Positions 1 through 12,604 of a stretch of 64,000 nucleotides of DNA are shown piece after piece. The notes under the pieces are model-generated. The model did no database searches. It was not told where the DNA came from and saw only the letters and a list, made by a program, of their open reading frames with translations. How positions within the stretch are numbered: position 1 is the first letter of the stretch; each line of letters begins with the position of its first letter. The stretch lies in the NCBI GenBank assembly GCA_951406725.2, contig OX597822.1:37076001-37140000 (forward strand), given 5' to 3'. This stretch comes from Octopus vulgaris (lineage: Eukaryota). The position numbers and the translations under genes are program-made.

Positions 1-46
1 TTTTAAATTGATATCAATTAAATTAATATTCAATTTATCTCCCTCA

Positions 47-92
<46 letters not shown>

Positions 93-578
93 TTATATAA
101 GTAAGGACAGGCAAGATTCTTATGGAAAAACAATCTAGCCTGTCCTTACTTTGATAATAAGGTTTTACACAACAAAGATATAGGAATGGAATGTTTAACT
201 GGTCCCCCAACTCAAAAATTCTGGTAATGTGTAGGAGACTCCTCAATATATAAGTATTTATATATAAATTTACATTTCTATATTTCTCTGTGGTGAGAAA
301 GAGTGATGACCAGCTTTACTTCATTTTTTTGGTCTTTATTGGGTTCTCACCAAGGGTGTCTACATCACTTGACCTAACCAATAGAAACAAGTAGCCAATC
401 TCTTTACATGCGCATCCAGTCTAGTAACTCCACAGAACTGGATACACTAGTTTGTATACTATAAGCGTAGGAGTGGTTGTATGGTAAGTAGCTTGCTTAC
501 CAACCACATGGTTCCAGGTTCAGTCCCATTGCGTGGCACCTTGGGTACACAGACACACAAACATATACACATACGTAC

Positions 579-611
<33 letters not shown>

Positions 612-775
612 TATATATACATATATACGACGGGCTTCTTTCAGTTTCCGTCTACCAAATCCACTCACAAGGCTTTGGTTGGCCTGAGGCTATAGTAGAA
701 GACACTTGCCCAAGGTGCCACACAGTGGGACAGAACCCGGAACATGTTTTTGGTAAGCAAGCTACTTACCACACA

Positions 776-809
<34 letters not shown>

Positions 810-1237
810 TCGCTGAGGCATTTTGAGACTAATAACCTGGTGTAGAACTCAATATACATTTGTTTCAGAATGAAGAGTGGTAATAGGAAAATAACATGTC
901 TAAGGAATAACTGTAATTCCTTTTTCCAAATACTGCACTTTATATTTGAGGCTCCAGTGAAGTTGTAGGATGTTATTCAACTATGAGTCCACTTCATTTT
1001 ATGGCAGAGACAGCTGTAAACTAATGAAGTTCATAAGATAATCATTTATCCCTTTGACTCTACCTAATATCAACTATTGTCATTCTTTGTTCAGTATTTA
1101 TTTTTCTGTGTGGGTATGGAATGAGTAGTCTTCCTGCTCTTCAAAACAGTATTTTATATAGACTATCCATGATATTCACATGAAGTGTGATAAGTTTCAT
1201 CTCAATATTTATATTATATACATCAATCTTTTCACAG

Positions 1238-1388
1238 AATAAGTATTGAAAGAAGAGGCAGGATTTTGTTGGCTGATGAAATGGGTCTTGGCAAAACTCT
1301 TCAAGCCATTTCAGTTGCCTGTTATTACAGAAATGAGTGGCCCCTCCTGATTGTTGTTCCCTCTTCAGTACGATTTGACTGGGCTCAG
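1238..1388 (+). CDS. SMARCAL1: SMARCAL1 exon (Walker A / motif I)
   Basis: ttcacag| [50 protein letters not shown] |gtatgc. Confidence 0.95.
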
Positions 1389-4300
1389 GTATGCGTCTTA
1401 TCTTCAAACAAAGTTTCTGGCTATAAATTTTTTCTATTTCAATTTTCATATTTTTAGATACATGCATATATATAATCTCATCTATTTTTCTATTTATCTT
1501 ACCTATTTGTCTGTCATTCCATCCATCCATCTATCTATCTGTGCCATGTAAAAAGTATCCAGTACACTCTGTAAAGTGGTTGGCATTAGGAAGGGCATCC
1601 AGCTGTAGAAATCATGCCAAAACAGGCAATAGAGCTTGGTGCAGCTCCTGCCCTTGATTACTCCTGTTAAACCATCCAACCCATGCCAGTATGGAAAAAG
1701 GATGTTAAATGGCGATGATATATTTGGTTTTTTTTAAAAAAATTGGTTATATTATCTGATGTTTATTTTATAGTTTTATAGTATATTATATATGTGTTAT
1801 AAATTGTTATTGTCAATTGTATTTCTCTATTTAATTTATTATATTTACTAAGCACATGCATATAAATTATAAATAATTTTATTATATACATATTTTAGAT
1901 TATTAGAAATAATTCATCTAAATCTGCATGTGCTAAACTACTAAGCAAATTCATTACAAGCTTTGGGATATATTTTAGGTATGTGGTTAATTCAATTGTT
2001 GGCTTCACTTTGATTTTAGATTAGGTTCAAGTTGTCCCTGCATGTTTAGCATGCTTAGATGCATTTTGTCTGTCTTCACATTCTGAATTCAAATTCTGCT
2101 GAGGTTGACTTTGCCTTTCATCCTTTCAGGATGTTGTAGTGAAATGGTATCCCCTTTTCACATGGTAAAGTGGTATGAGGGTTAGGGTTAGAGTCAGGAC
2201 TGTACATGGTGCTTGGAAAATGTGACTGTCCCCCAATACTACTGCAGCTTATTGTTTCATTCCATGATGGCATGAAGGCCAATATTCTCTTTGACAGTTT
2301 AATATCAGATAGCTTCAACATCAACAGCAGAGTAAAACAAGGTTGTGTCTTAGCACCAGTCCTTTTCAGCATTTACTTTGCTGTATTGCTGCAGTATGCA
2401 TTTAAAGAGTTGCCAGGAGATGTCTACCTTTGTTGGAGAACTGATGGGTCACTCTTTGATCTTTCTAGACTTCGAGCCAAGACTAAGATCAATAGAGCAA
2501 CAATAAGAGACTTTATCTTTGCTGACAATGTGGCACTTATTGCTCACAATGATTTAACTCCACAAATAATGATGGACCACCTATCTTCGGGCTGGTCATC
2601 AGTGTAAAGAAGACAGTCATCCTTACTCAGAAGGGCACAGTGAAAAGCCATATCAAGCTTGATGACAAAGAGCTTGAGACAGTCGACAGGTTCTACTGTC
2701 TAGGGTCTACCATTTCCTCTACTACTTCACTTGATGATGAGAGTAATTTCAGGATAGGGAAGGCACCAACAACTTTTGGAAGGCTGACAAAACGAGTATG
2801 GAAGAACAAGAGATTAGACATCAAGACAAAGATCAGGAGTTATGAAGCATGTGTTCTCAGCACACTCCTCTATGGATCTGAAACATGGACCTTGTACAGC
2901 AGACAGGAAAGGTGCCTCGGCATTTTCCATCTCAGATGCCTCCACAAAATCTTAGGCCTAACACGGCGCGACAAGGTCACCAATGTTGAAGTGCTGGTGC
3001 AGGCGAATCTTCTAAGTATGGCAGCTATCTTGTGTATGAGAAGACTGAGGTGGCTGGGGCATGTCAGAAGAATGGATGACCATTGTATCCCGAAGCAACT
3101 GCTCTATGGAGATCTGACCCAGGGCAAAAGACCAAGAGGAAGACCAAAACTGAGGTATAAGGACACTTGTAAAACTAGTTTGTCCAAGTGTGTGGTGGAT
3201 GTCAGCACCTGAGGACAGAACAACATGGAGGACTGTGGTAAAGGAAAGAACTGCTTCGCTAGAGAGCAGCTACAGAAACAAAAAAATTGAGAAGCGTCAG
3301 CGGCAAAAGGAAAACAACAGAAATGCAGAGCACTGAGCCACCCTCTTAGTATGCAACTACTGTGATAGAAGCTGCGCTTCAATCATAGGAAGAATCAGTC
3401 ATGAAAGAAGCTGCAAGAAAGGGAGCCCCTAATATGTTCGATTAAGTGACCTCTAAGCTAAATTGACTGTCTGCATAGACGAAAAGGGCCAATTATTATT
3501 ATTTTATTTCTCAGAGCTCTTGGTCTTACTTGTTCTGGTTGATTCTGTGAGAGTGGACAGCAACTTGTTGTCAGAGATCTCACCGGATGTGTTTCCATAA
3601 ATCATAAGCTTTGGTACCTGGTTGTTAACTCATGGAAGACACTCAACACCCAAGCACCAATCTCAAAATCCTACCTGTCCTCAACAGAGCAGTTTTTTGG
3701 ATTGGCTCTGCCCTCATGTCAATTCCAATTTCTCTCCTCATTGCCCACATTCTTGTAATTTCATCTTTTAGTAGTCTATATTTCTCCATCTTTTCCAGCT
3801 CTTTGTCATCTATGCCCTATATCCCCAGGTGTGGCAATATCTATGATCTTGGTTTCCATTTTTCTTTTATCTACCACATTATTATTATTATTATTCAGTA
3901 GTCTTATTTTTATAACATTCTTTCACTGCACTACCGAGCATAGCTCTGTGTGCCTTGAGTATGTGCTGTGGTTTGCTGTGATGCCCTTATGGTTACTGTT
4001 ATTATTATTATTATTATTATTATATTATTATTATTATTATTATTATTATCACCTCTTTTGTTCAGCAATTTCGACGCTGGGTACCCAGTTTGGATCCACA
4101 AGAGATAAATGTGGCCTTGAAAGGCAAAGATAGTGGTGTAAGTGGAATGGTTAATATTCTCAGCTATGATCTGATGTCAAAGAAATCAAATGAATTGTTA
4201 ACCAAGAAGTTTAAAATTGTAATTATGGTAAGTAGGATTCCATGTCAATAATGTGTATGCGTGTGTGTTGTCATCATCATCATCATCTTCTAATGTCTGT

Positions 4301-7300
4301 TTTTCATATTGGCATTGGTTGTATGTAAATATATATTCACAGACACTGATAAGTGGAGGCACATGGCCTAGTGGTTAGAGCAGCAGACTTGAGGTCGAGG
4401 GATCACGGGCTTGAATCTCAGATCGGGTGATGTGTGTGTTTATGAGTGAAACACCTAAGCTCCACATAGCTCCGGCAGAAGGTAATGGCAAACTTCTGCT
4501 GACTCTTTTGCCACAACTTTCTCTCACTCTTTCCTTCTGCATCTTGCAGCTCACCTGCGACAGACCGGCGTCCTGTCCAGGTGGGGAACCTATATGCCAA
4601 GGAAACCAGGAAGCCGGCCCTTATGAACCAGGCATGGCCAAGAATGTCATGATATCACTGAACACTATATGGAAGAATAAGGCTCAGCTCTAATTGTGGA
4701 GGGAATGTGTGGATGGGGTAGACCCAAAAAGATGTTGAACGAAGTGGTGAAAAACGATCTTCAGATGTTGGGCCTCACCCAGGGGATGATGGGCCAAGAC
4801 TTTTGTCAGTTTGTTGTGCTTGAGAAGGTATGTCAAACTAAGTAAATACATGGTTGTCCTTGCATACAGGCATGTCCCCAGCATCCCTCTCCAGCTTAGT
4901 ATACCTAATCATGTGCCAGTGCCATGTAAAAAGCACCCGTGCCAGCGCTGCATAAAAGTACCTGTACCGGTGCTGTGTAATAGAAACTGCTGTAAAACGG
5001 TTGGCATTGGGAAGGGCATTCAACTGTAGAAGCCATGCCAAAGCCGACATGGAAACTGGGCAGCTCTCCGGTTGACCAGCTCCTCTCAAATTGTCCAACC
5101 CATGCCAGCATGAGAAACAGACGTTAAGTGATGAAGATGAAGGACATCTCCTTGCAAACGAAAAAACAACTCCTCGATTCATTGATATTTAGCAGAGCCA
5201 CCTATGGAGGTGCGTGGCTTAGTGGTTAGGGTGTTAGACTCATGATTGTAAGATTGTGGTTTTGATTCCTGGATCAGATGATGTGCTGTGTTATTGAGCA
5301 ATGAACTTCATTTCACATTGCTCAGATCTACTCAGCTTGCAAGAATGAGTAATCCTGTGACAGACTCGTGTCACAACCAGGGAGGAATGTATGCACCAGA
5401 GAAACCAAGAAACTGGCCCTGTGCTCCTTATGGAGTAATGTGGACTAATCATAGCTACCTATGGAGTTGAATACTGGATTATAAAGGAAATTGATAAAAG
5501 GAAATTTGAAGCATTTGAACAACAGTGGTGTTATGCTATACTGCTAAAGAACAAGAGGAAGACCAAAAACCAGATTTAGCAATAACATCAAAGAAGCTAG
5601 TGGCAGAAGTTTTGCATGACTGTACAGGTTGGCACAGGAGAAACATGGGTGGAGGGCTTTGGCAGCTTTATTTTTTGAGCTTTCTGTGTAGAAAAAGAGA
5701 CAAAAAACAGACACAGATATGCAGGTGCACACATGCATTCTCTTTTTCTGGCTCTCTCCCTCTGCCCTCTCACTCACACATTTACACATATATACGCAAA
5801 TACCTCTTAACTATGCATGCATACATATATGAATGTATGTGTGCTTGCTTCTTAATTTGTTTAGTGTGATGGGGAAGAGTATTATTTATGATAGGAGCAA
5901 GAGCACAGATATTTTGATCAGTTGTCATTTCACTTGTAGCCTCTGTTTGACCAATGTTTTCTGAGTTTGAATTTGGTAGCCAGAAACTGCATAGAAGCTT
6001 GTGTATATATTTGTATGTATATCATCTCCTTACTTTCTGATCTATCTACAGGTTTTTGATACTGTTGCTCTCCACACCTTTTGTACTGCTGCTTGTCAGC
6101 TCCATTCTGAGCCACTTCTATCTCTCTCACCTTCCTCCTCCCTCATACTAATATTTACCTCTGACTACACAACCACCCTTGTATATCATTCATTATGTTC
6201 ACCACTATTCCCAATTCTAACCATCTGTAATTCTCCTCTCATACTTTAATGATACTACTAATCTTCTCCTTCTTCCCCACCCCCATTCATCTGTCTGTAT
6301 TCTCTCTTATACTCATCTTCTACCTTAAGAGTGGTTCGACACCTTGGCATCACCATCATTGTCATCTTTCTGGCTACTTCTACTCACCGTTACGGGGTAG
6401 CTTTGTTTCCACTATAGCAAGACATCTTAAGGCGGCGAGCTGGCAGAAACGTTAGCATGCCGGGCGAAATGCTTAGCAGTATTTCGTCTGCCATTACATT
6501 CTGAGTTCAAATTCCGCCGAGGTTGACTTTGCCTTTAATCCTTTCGGAGTTGATAAATTAAGTACCAGTTTCGCACTGGGGTCGATGTAATCGACTTAAT
6601 GTCTTTGTTTGTCCCTTCTATGTTTAGCCCCTTGTGGGCAATAAAGAAATAAGACATCTGTGCTTGTCTCTCTCTATCATACTTTAACCTTTCAACACCT
6701 GGCATAAAGCTGCCTCCCCATCTTTCAAATACGGTCCCACTCATTTGAAGGGTTTTTTTCTTTTCTTTGTCTTGCAAGTTACTTGGTGACATCAGTAGTG
6801 CCAGTAGCATGAAAGTAGCACCCGGTGCACTCTGTAGAATGGTTGGCATTAGGAAGGGCATCCAGCCATAGAAACTTTGCCAAAACTGGCATTGGAATTC
6901 AACACAATCATGCACCTCATCAGATTCAAACCATGCAATCCATGCCAGCACAGGAAACTGATGTAAGATGATGACGATGACAATGGCAGTGATAGCGAGG
7001 AGGAAGAGAATAATGATTGATATCTCCGTCTTATATATATATATATTTTATGATGCCTGTGTGTGAACAGCCAAGCTACACCTTTCTTAGTATTTGTTCC
7101 TTTTGTATTTTTATCAACATTCTCTGACATTTGGTATCATCTTTTCTTTGTGTATTTTCCATTTTTTTTTTTACCTTGAAAGGATGAATCCCACTTCCTG
7201 AAAAATTTCAAGAGTGCCAGAACAAAAGCAGCACTTCCAATACTCCAGGTTAGTGTATTATTTCATTAATATTTAGCACAGTAATTGTCATAGATGAACC

Positions 7301-10300
7301 ACACATTTTATGGCTGGATGACTTTCTTGATGCCAACCCATTAGTTGTCTTTCACAAAACACACACACAAATACACATACACACCTTGTCCCCTAGCATG
7401 AAGCTGATACCTGCCTCTCCTGGGGTTCATAGTCCTGCAAGCTGTATAGTGACCTCAATAGTGCAGCTGGCTCAAAAAAAAGCCCTCAGTATATGCTATA
7501 AGCTGGTGTTAGGAAGAGCATCGTGCTGTTGAAACCATGCCAAAGCAGACAATGGAGTATGGTGCTATCCTTGGACCCCCTCAGATCTTGTTAAACTGTC
7601 GAACCCATGGTAACATGTATCATAGATGTTAAGTGATTACAGCAATGATGAAATTTGCTCTTTCATTTTTATGTCCACGTTTTCATGCTGACTTAATGAA
7701 TACTTATAGGCAATATTTTATAGATGGCAAGGCGGTAAGCTAGCAGAAATGTTAGCACGCTGGGCGAAATCTTAGTGGTATTTCGTTTGTCTTTACATTC
7801 TGAGTTCAAATTCTGCCACGGTTGACTTTGCCTTTCATCCTTTCGGGGTCCATAAATTAAGTACCAGTTGTGTACTGGAGTCAATTTAATCGACTGGCCC
7901 TCCCCACCAAAAATTTCAGGCCTTGTGCCTAGAGTAGGAAAGAATATTTTATAGATGACAAGGCGGCAAGTTGGCAGAAACGTTAGCACACTGGGCAAAA
8001 TGCTTAGCGGTATTTTGTCTGTCCTTACATTCTGAGTTCAAATTCTGCCATGGTCGGGGTCCATAAATTAAGTACCAGTTGTGTACTGGGCTCAATCTAA
8101 TTGACTGGCCACCTCCCCCCAAATTTCAGGCCTTGTACCTAGAGTAGAAAAGAATATTTTATAGATAGCAGTTAGCTGGCAGAATTTATTAGCACATCGG
8201 GCAAAATACTTAGCATTGTGTCCATCCTTGCATTCTGAGTTCAAATTCTGCTGTGGTCAACTTTGCCTTTCTTCCTTATGGGGTCGATGAAATAAGTACC
8301 AATTAAGCACTGGGTTTAATGTAATTGACTTACTCCTTCCCTGAATTTGTTGACCTTGTACCAAAATTTGAAATCAATATTTTATAGTAGGATGCTTTTC
8401 TTGTTGCCAGTCCTTACTTGTTTTCCAAGAAAGGGATTTTTTAAATTCCACTGTCAAATATCCATGTATTTACATTTTCAGAATGCTACCCGTGTGATCC
8501 TTTTGACCGGGACACCTGCTTTGTCTCGTCCATCAGAGCTTTTCACCCAAATTGTTGGGGTACTTCGACCTATTAATTTCACTGAATATGGTTTGCGTTA
8601 CTGTGATGGCAAAAAGGTAAGGAGCACAAGGTATTTTTAGGATGTGTGAGAGTGAAACCCTTCGGTGAGATTGGTAACTTTCAAAGACTGAATTACAATG
8701 ATGCTCTGTGAAGATGTAATGCAGTGCCCACAGATCAGCACCATTCCTCTTGTTTGACTTGTCAGGTGGAGAAGGGATGGGATAGTGGAATATCCAGATG
8801 AAATTAGTGTGGTTAATGTTCAGTTTGAATTGTTAGTATGTGTGTATGTGTTGTATACACGAATATGTACGTTTGTGTTGAATATGTGTATGTGTATGAA
8901 TCTGTAAAAGTGTGTGCAGGTGTGAAAATGAGTATGTAGTTGTGTGTTTGCATGCATGTTAATGTGTATCCATGTGTGATTGTATTTGAAAGTGTGTGTG
9001 TATAAGACAATGAGATTTAAGAGAGATTTGACCAATATTTGTAGTAGGCCATGTGGCTTTGTAGAGACTTCTCTTGAGCTTGTATGAGTGTTAGTTTTTT
9101 TAATATTATTCACACTGATACTATATATACACTGTAGACAACACCATATTGATTATGTGTACACTCTGTAAACCAGTCATAGACAATGTGCAGCCTGTAG
9201 GACTTCCTGAATGGTACACCTAACAAAAAATTACTTTCAATCTTTTTAGTAGTCTACCTGTTGATGAATTGTGTCTCATGCAGCTCGCTTCTTGTAAAAG
9301 GCTGCCGAAACCTACTGTAAACATTATTACATTGATATTGTATTTCCACTATAAATACCATATGGCTGTTGTATACACAATGTAGACAATACCATCTTTA
9401 TACTATATACACCCTGTAGTCAATTCTATACTGATATTGTACCCAGTATATATAATACCTCAATGATATTGTATGCCCATTGTAGACAATACAGCACAAA
9501 TATTGTGCACATTATACATAATATTAACATATTCTACACATTCTTTTCTACTCTAGGCACAAGGCCTGAAATTTTGGGGGAGGGGGCCAGTCGATTAGAT
9601 CAACTCCAGTATGAACATGGTACTTAATTTATTGACCCCGAAAGGATGTCAACCTCGGTGGAATTTGAACTCAGAACGTAAAGACAAACAAAATACTGCT
9701 AAGCATTTTGCCCGGCGTGCTAATGTTTCTGCTGGCTCGCTGCCTTGTTATTCTACACATTACCCTATAGAAAGTATCTTATACACACTGTACACAACAT
9801 CACACTGATATTCTACACACTATAGACAATAGTTAGTCCACATTACTCTGTAAGGAGCATAGGGTCAGTTTCTTGGTTTCTCTGTTGCATGTATTCTTCT
9901 TGGGACAGGACGTTGGTCCATTGCAGTATCACTCACTTTTGCCAGCTGAGCGGACTGGAGCAACATGAAATGAAGTGTTTTGTTCAAGAACACAACTTAT
10001 CGTCTGGGCCAGGAATCGAAATCACAATCTTACAATCAGGAGTCCAACACCCTGACCACTAAGCCATGCACCTACATCATCATCATCATCATCATCATTT
10101 AACGTCCGTTGTTCATGCTGGCACAGGTTGGACAGTTTGACCAGGGCTGGAAAGCTGCACCAGACTCCAATCTGATTTGGCATGGTTTCTGTGGCTGAAT
10201 GCCCTTCCTAATGCCAACCACTCCAAGAGTGTAATTGGTGCTTTATGTGCCACTGGCATGGGTGCCATTTGCATAACACTGGTATCTGCCATGACAATGC

Positions 10301-12570
10301 CAAAGGTCTTGATCATTGCCTCCAAGAGGCCCAACGCTCAAAAGGAACTTATTTCTGTGAGGCCCAAAGGGAACTCAGCCACTTTGCCTCAGACAATATC
10401 ATATAGATTACTCTACATGTTATATGCAATACAAGAGAGACATTCTACACACTGTAGTCCTATACTATACATGCTTCTATAACAAAATATTCATTTCATT
10501 CCCAGAATGCCTGGGGTTGGGATTTCAGTGGTTATTCCAACATGGCTGAACTACAGGTGTTTATGGAAGAGAAGGTTATGGTCAGGTAAGTACCCAACTG
10601 TTAAATATCTACTGTTGCTGTTCTTGTTGTTGTTGTAGATAATGTTTCACTTTCGTAGTTGTTGTTTCATCATCATCATCATCATTTAACATCTGTGTTC
10701 CATGCTGGCATGGGTGGGATGGTATCACAAGAGCTGGCCAGACCAAAGCCAGCACCAGACTTCTGTGACTGTTTTGGCAAGATTTTTACAGCTGGATGTC
10801 CTTCCTAACCAACCACTCAGCAAAGTGAACTTAGTGCTTTTTACGTGGCACAAGCACAGGCAAGGTCAGTTTTGGCAAGGTTTTTACTTCTGGATGCCCT
10901 TCCTAACACCAACCACTTTACAGTGTGGACCGAATGCTTTTTAAGTGGCACCTGCACTGACAGGGTCACCAAGTACTTGCAAGACAAAAGCTTTTAAGAG
11001 GGAAGGAGGCATTGGAAGAAGTGATGATGCAAAGGTTATAATGTGACAGATATAGGTGTCTTGCTGAAGAGGAAGTACAAGGTTACCCGGTTGGAGGGAG
11101 AAAGATCGGGAGTGAAGACAGAAACAGGTGTGCTACCATACAGTTGCTTATTACAGATCAAGCTAGCTATTTCACGGCTTATCTTCTCTTGCACCCTCCC
11201 CTCCACTTCCTTGTTTTTCTTTCTCTCTTTCCTCTTATTCTACCTACTTCCCCCATTCAATTATTATCTGTAGGCAAAATGTAACATAGAGTTGCAAGTC
11301 TGAGGAGAGATGATGAAAAATCTTAAATGGTTTAGTATGGAGGTGGTGGGGGGTGGATTGGAGGTATTATTTAAATACTGCAGTGATGACAATGCTTTAG
11401 TCTTGGGGGATAACTTCTTAAGCACCTGTCGCACAGAATTCTTCATAGGGTTCTTGAAGCCTGACCAGTAAACAAGTGTCCTCTTAGTCTGCTGGCTGTG
11501 GACAGCTGACACTTTCCATCATACCCAGCAAAATAAGCTGTTTGTTTTCATATAATAACGATGATGATAATAATAATAATAATAATAATTGTTTCTAATT
11601 ATTGTTATTTACAGACGGATGAAGAAAGATGTTCTCAGCCAGTTGCCATCCAAAAGGAGACAAGCTGTCTTGTTGAATCCCAATGCCATTAAGACTGATG
11701 CCTCCATGAAAAAAGTTTCCGCCTTGGTAGAGAAATCAACATCAGCTGTAAGTAACATGTTATGATATAAATCACTGCTTCTCTATGATACATCTTACTA
11801 CTGTTTTATGTTAGATCTCGTTACCTCTCAACTATGCATTGCAATACTGATTTATGAAATATCTCAGTACTTCTTTCAATACTCCTGTTTGCCAGCTCTG
11901 GTCAAATTGTCCAACCCATCTCAGCACGGAAAACAGATGTTAAATGCTGATGATGATGGCATCGTCGTTGGTGGTAGTGGCGCCGTCTATGGCTAAAAAC
12001 AGTTTGCTTCACTATCATGTAGTTTAGAGTATGGTCCTACTGCAAAGCATATTGGACAAATTTTCTATGGTGTCAGTTTACCTAATATCTTGTGTGTAGA
12101 ATTTGGTAGAGAGGAACTGTGCAGAAGCCTTTTGTGTGAGTATGAATACTTACATATATGCATAAGGTTAGTCAGAAGAAATTACGTTCATTCAGACTAA
12201 CATTATTATTTCCAATATACTATTTTCTACACTACCAAAAACATTTTATTTATTATTCCTCCTCTGCAGCTTTGTGAGTAGAGTTGGCAGATGGAAGCTG
12301 AAAGAAGCTCATCATATATATGTATGTGTGTGTGTGTGTGTCTTTGTTTGTCCTACCATCACCATCACTTGACAACCAGTGTTGTGTTTGTGATTCCATA
12401 ACTTGGCACCTTGGCAAAAGCAACTGATTAGAATAAATGCCATATTTACAAAAAAATTAAGCACTGGGGTCAATTTGTTTGACTCAAATTCTTCAAGGTG
12501 GCTCCCCAGAATGACTTCCATCTAATGGCTGAAACAAGTAAAATATGAAAGCCAGAGAGAGAGAGAGAGA

Positions 12571-12604
<34 letters not shown>

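Noticed and set aside
459-859. Short ORFs rich in YI/HT/CV, and similar ORFs across the window
   Set aside because: Translations of (TA)n/(CA)n microsatellites and SINEs; recurring peptides such as LDALPNANH and EDTCPRCH are repeat-derived.
2179-2191. Interstitial telomere gggttagggttag at the 5' junction of the RTE
   Set aside because: Only two units; too short to interpret.
4356-4430. tRNA gene
   Set aside because: A/B boxes present but no complete cloverleaf; the sequence continues into a SINE body.
9255-9320. Second hammerhead candidate (ttgatga...gcagc/gctgc-cgaaac)
   Set aside because: Core C3 is missing, the spacer before stem II is long and there is no convincing stem I or III.
9115-9830. 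CRISPR-like periodic array
   Set aside because: Eukaryotic intron; units are degenerate throughout, with no constant-repeat and unique-spacer structure.
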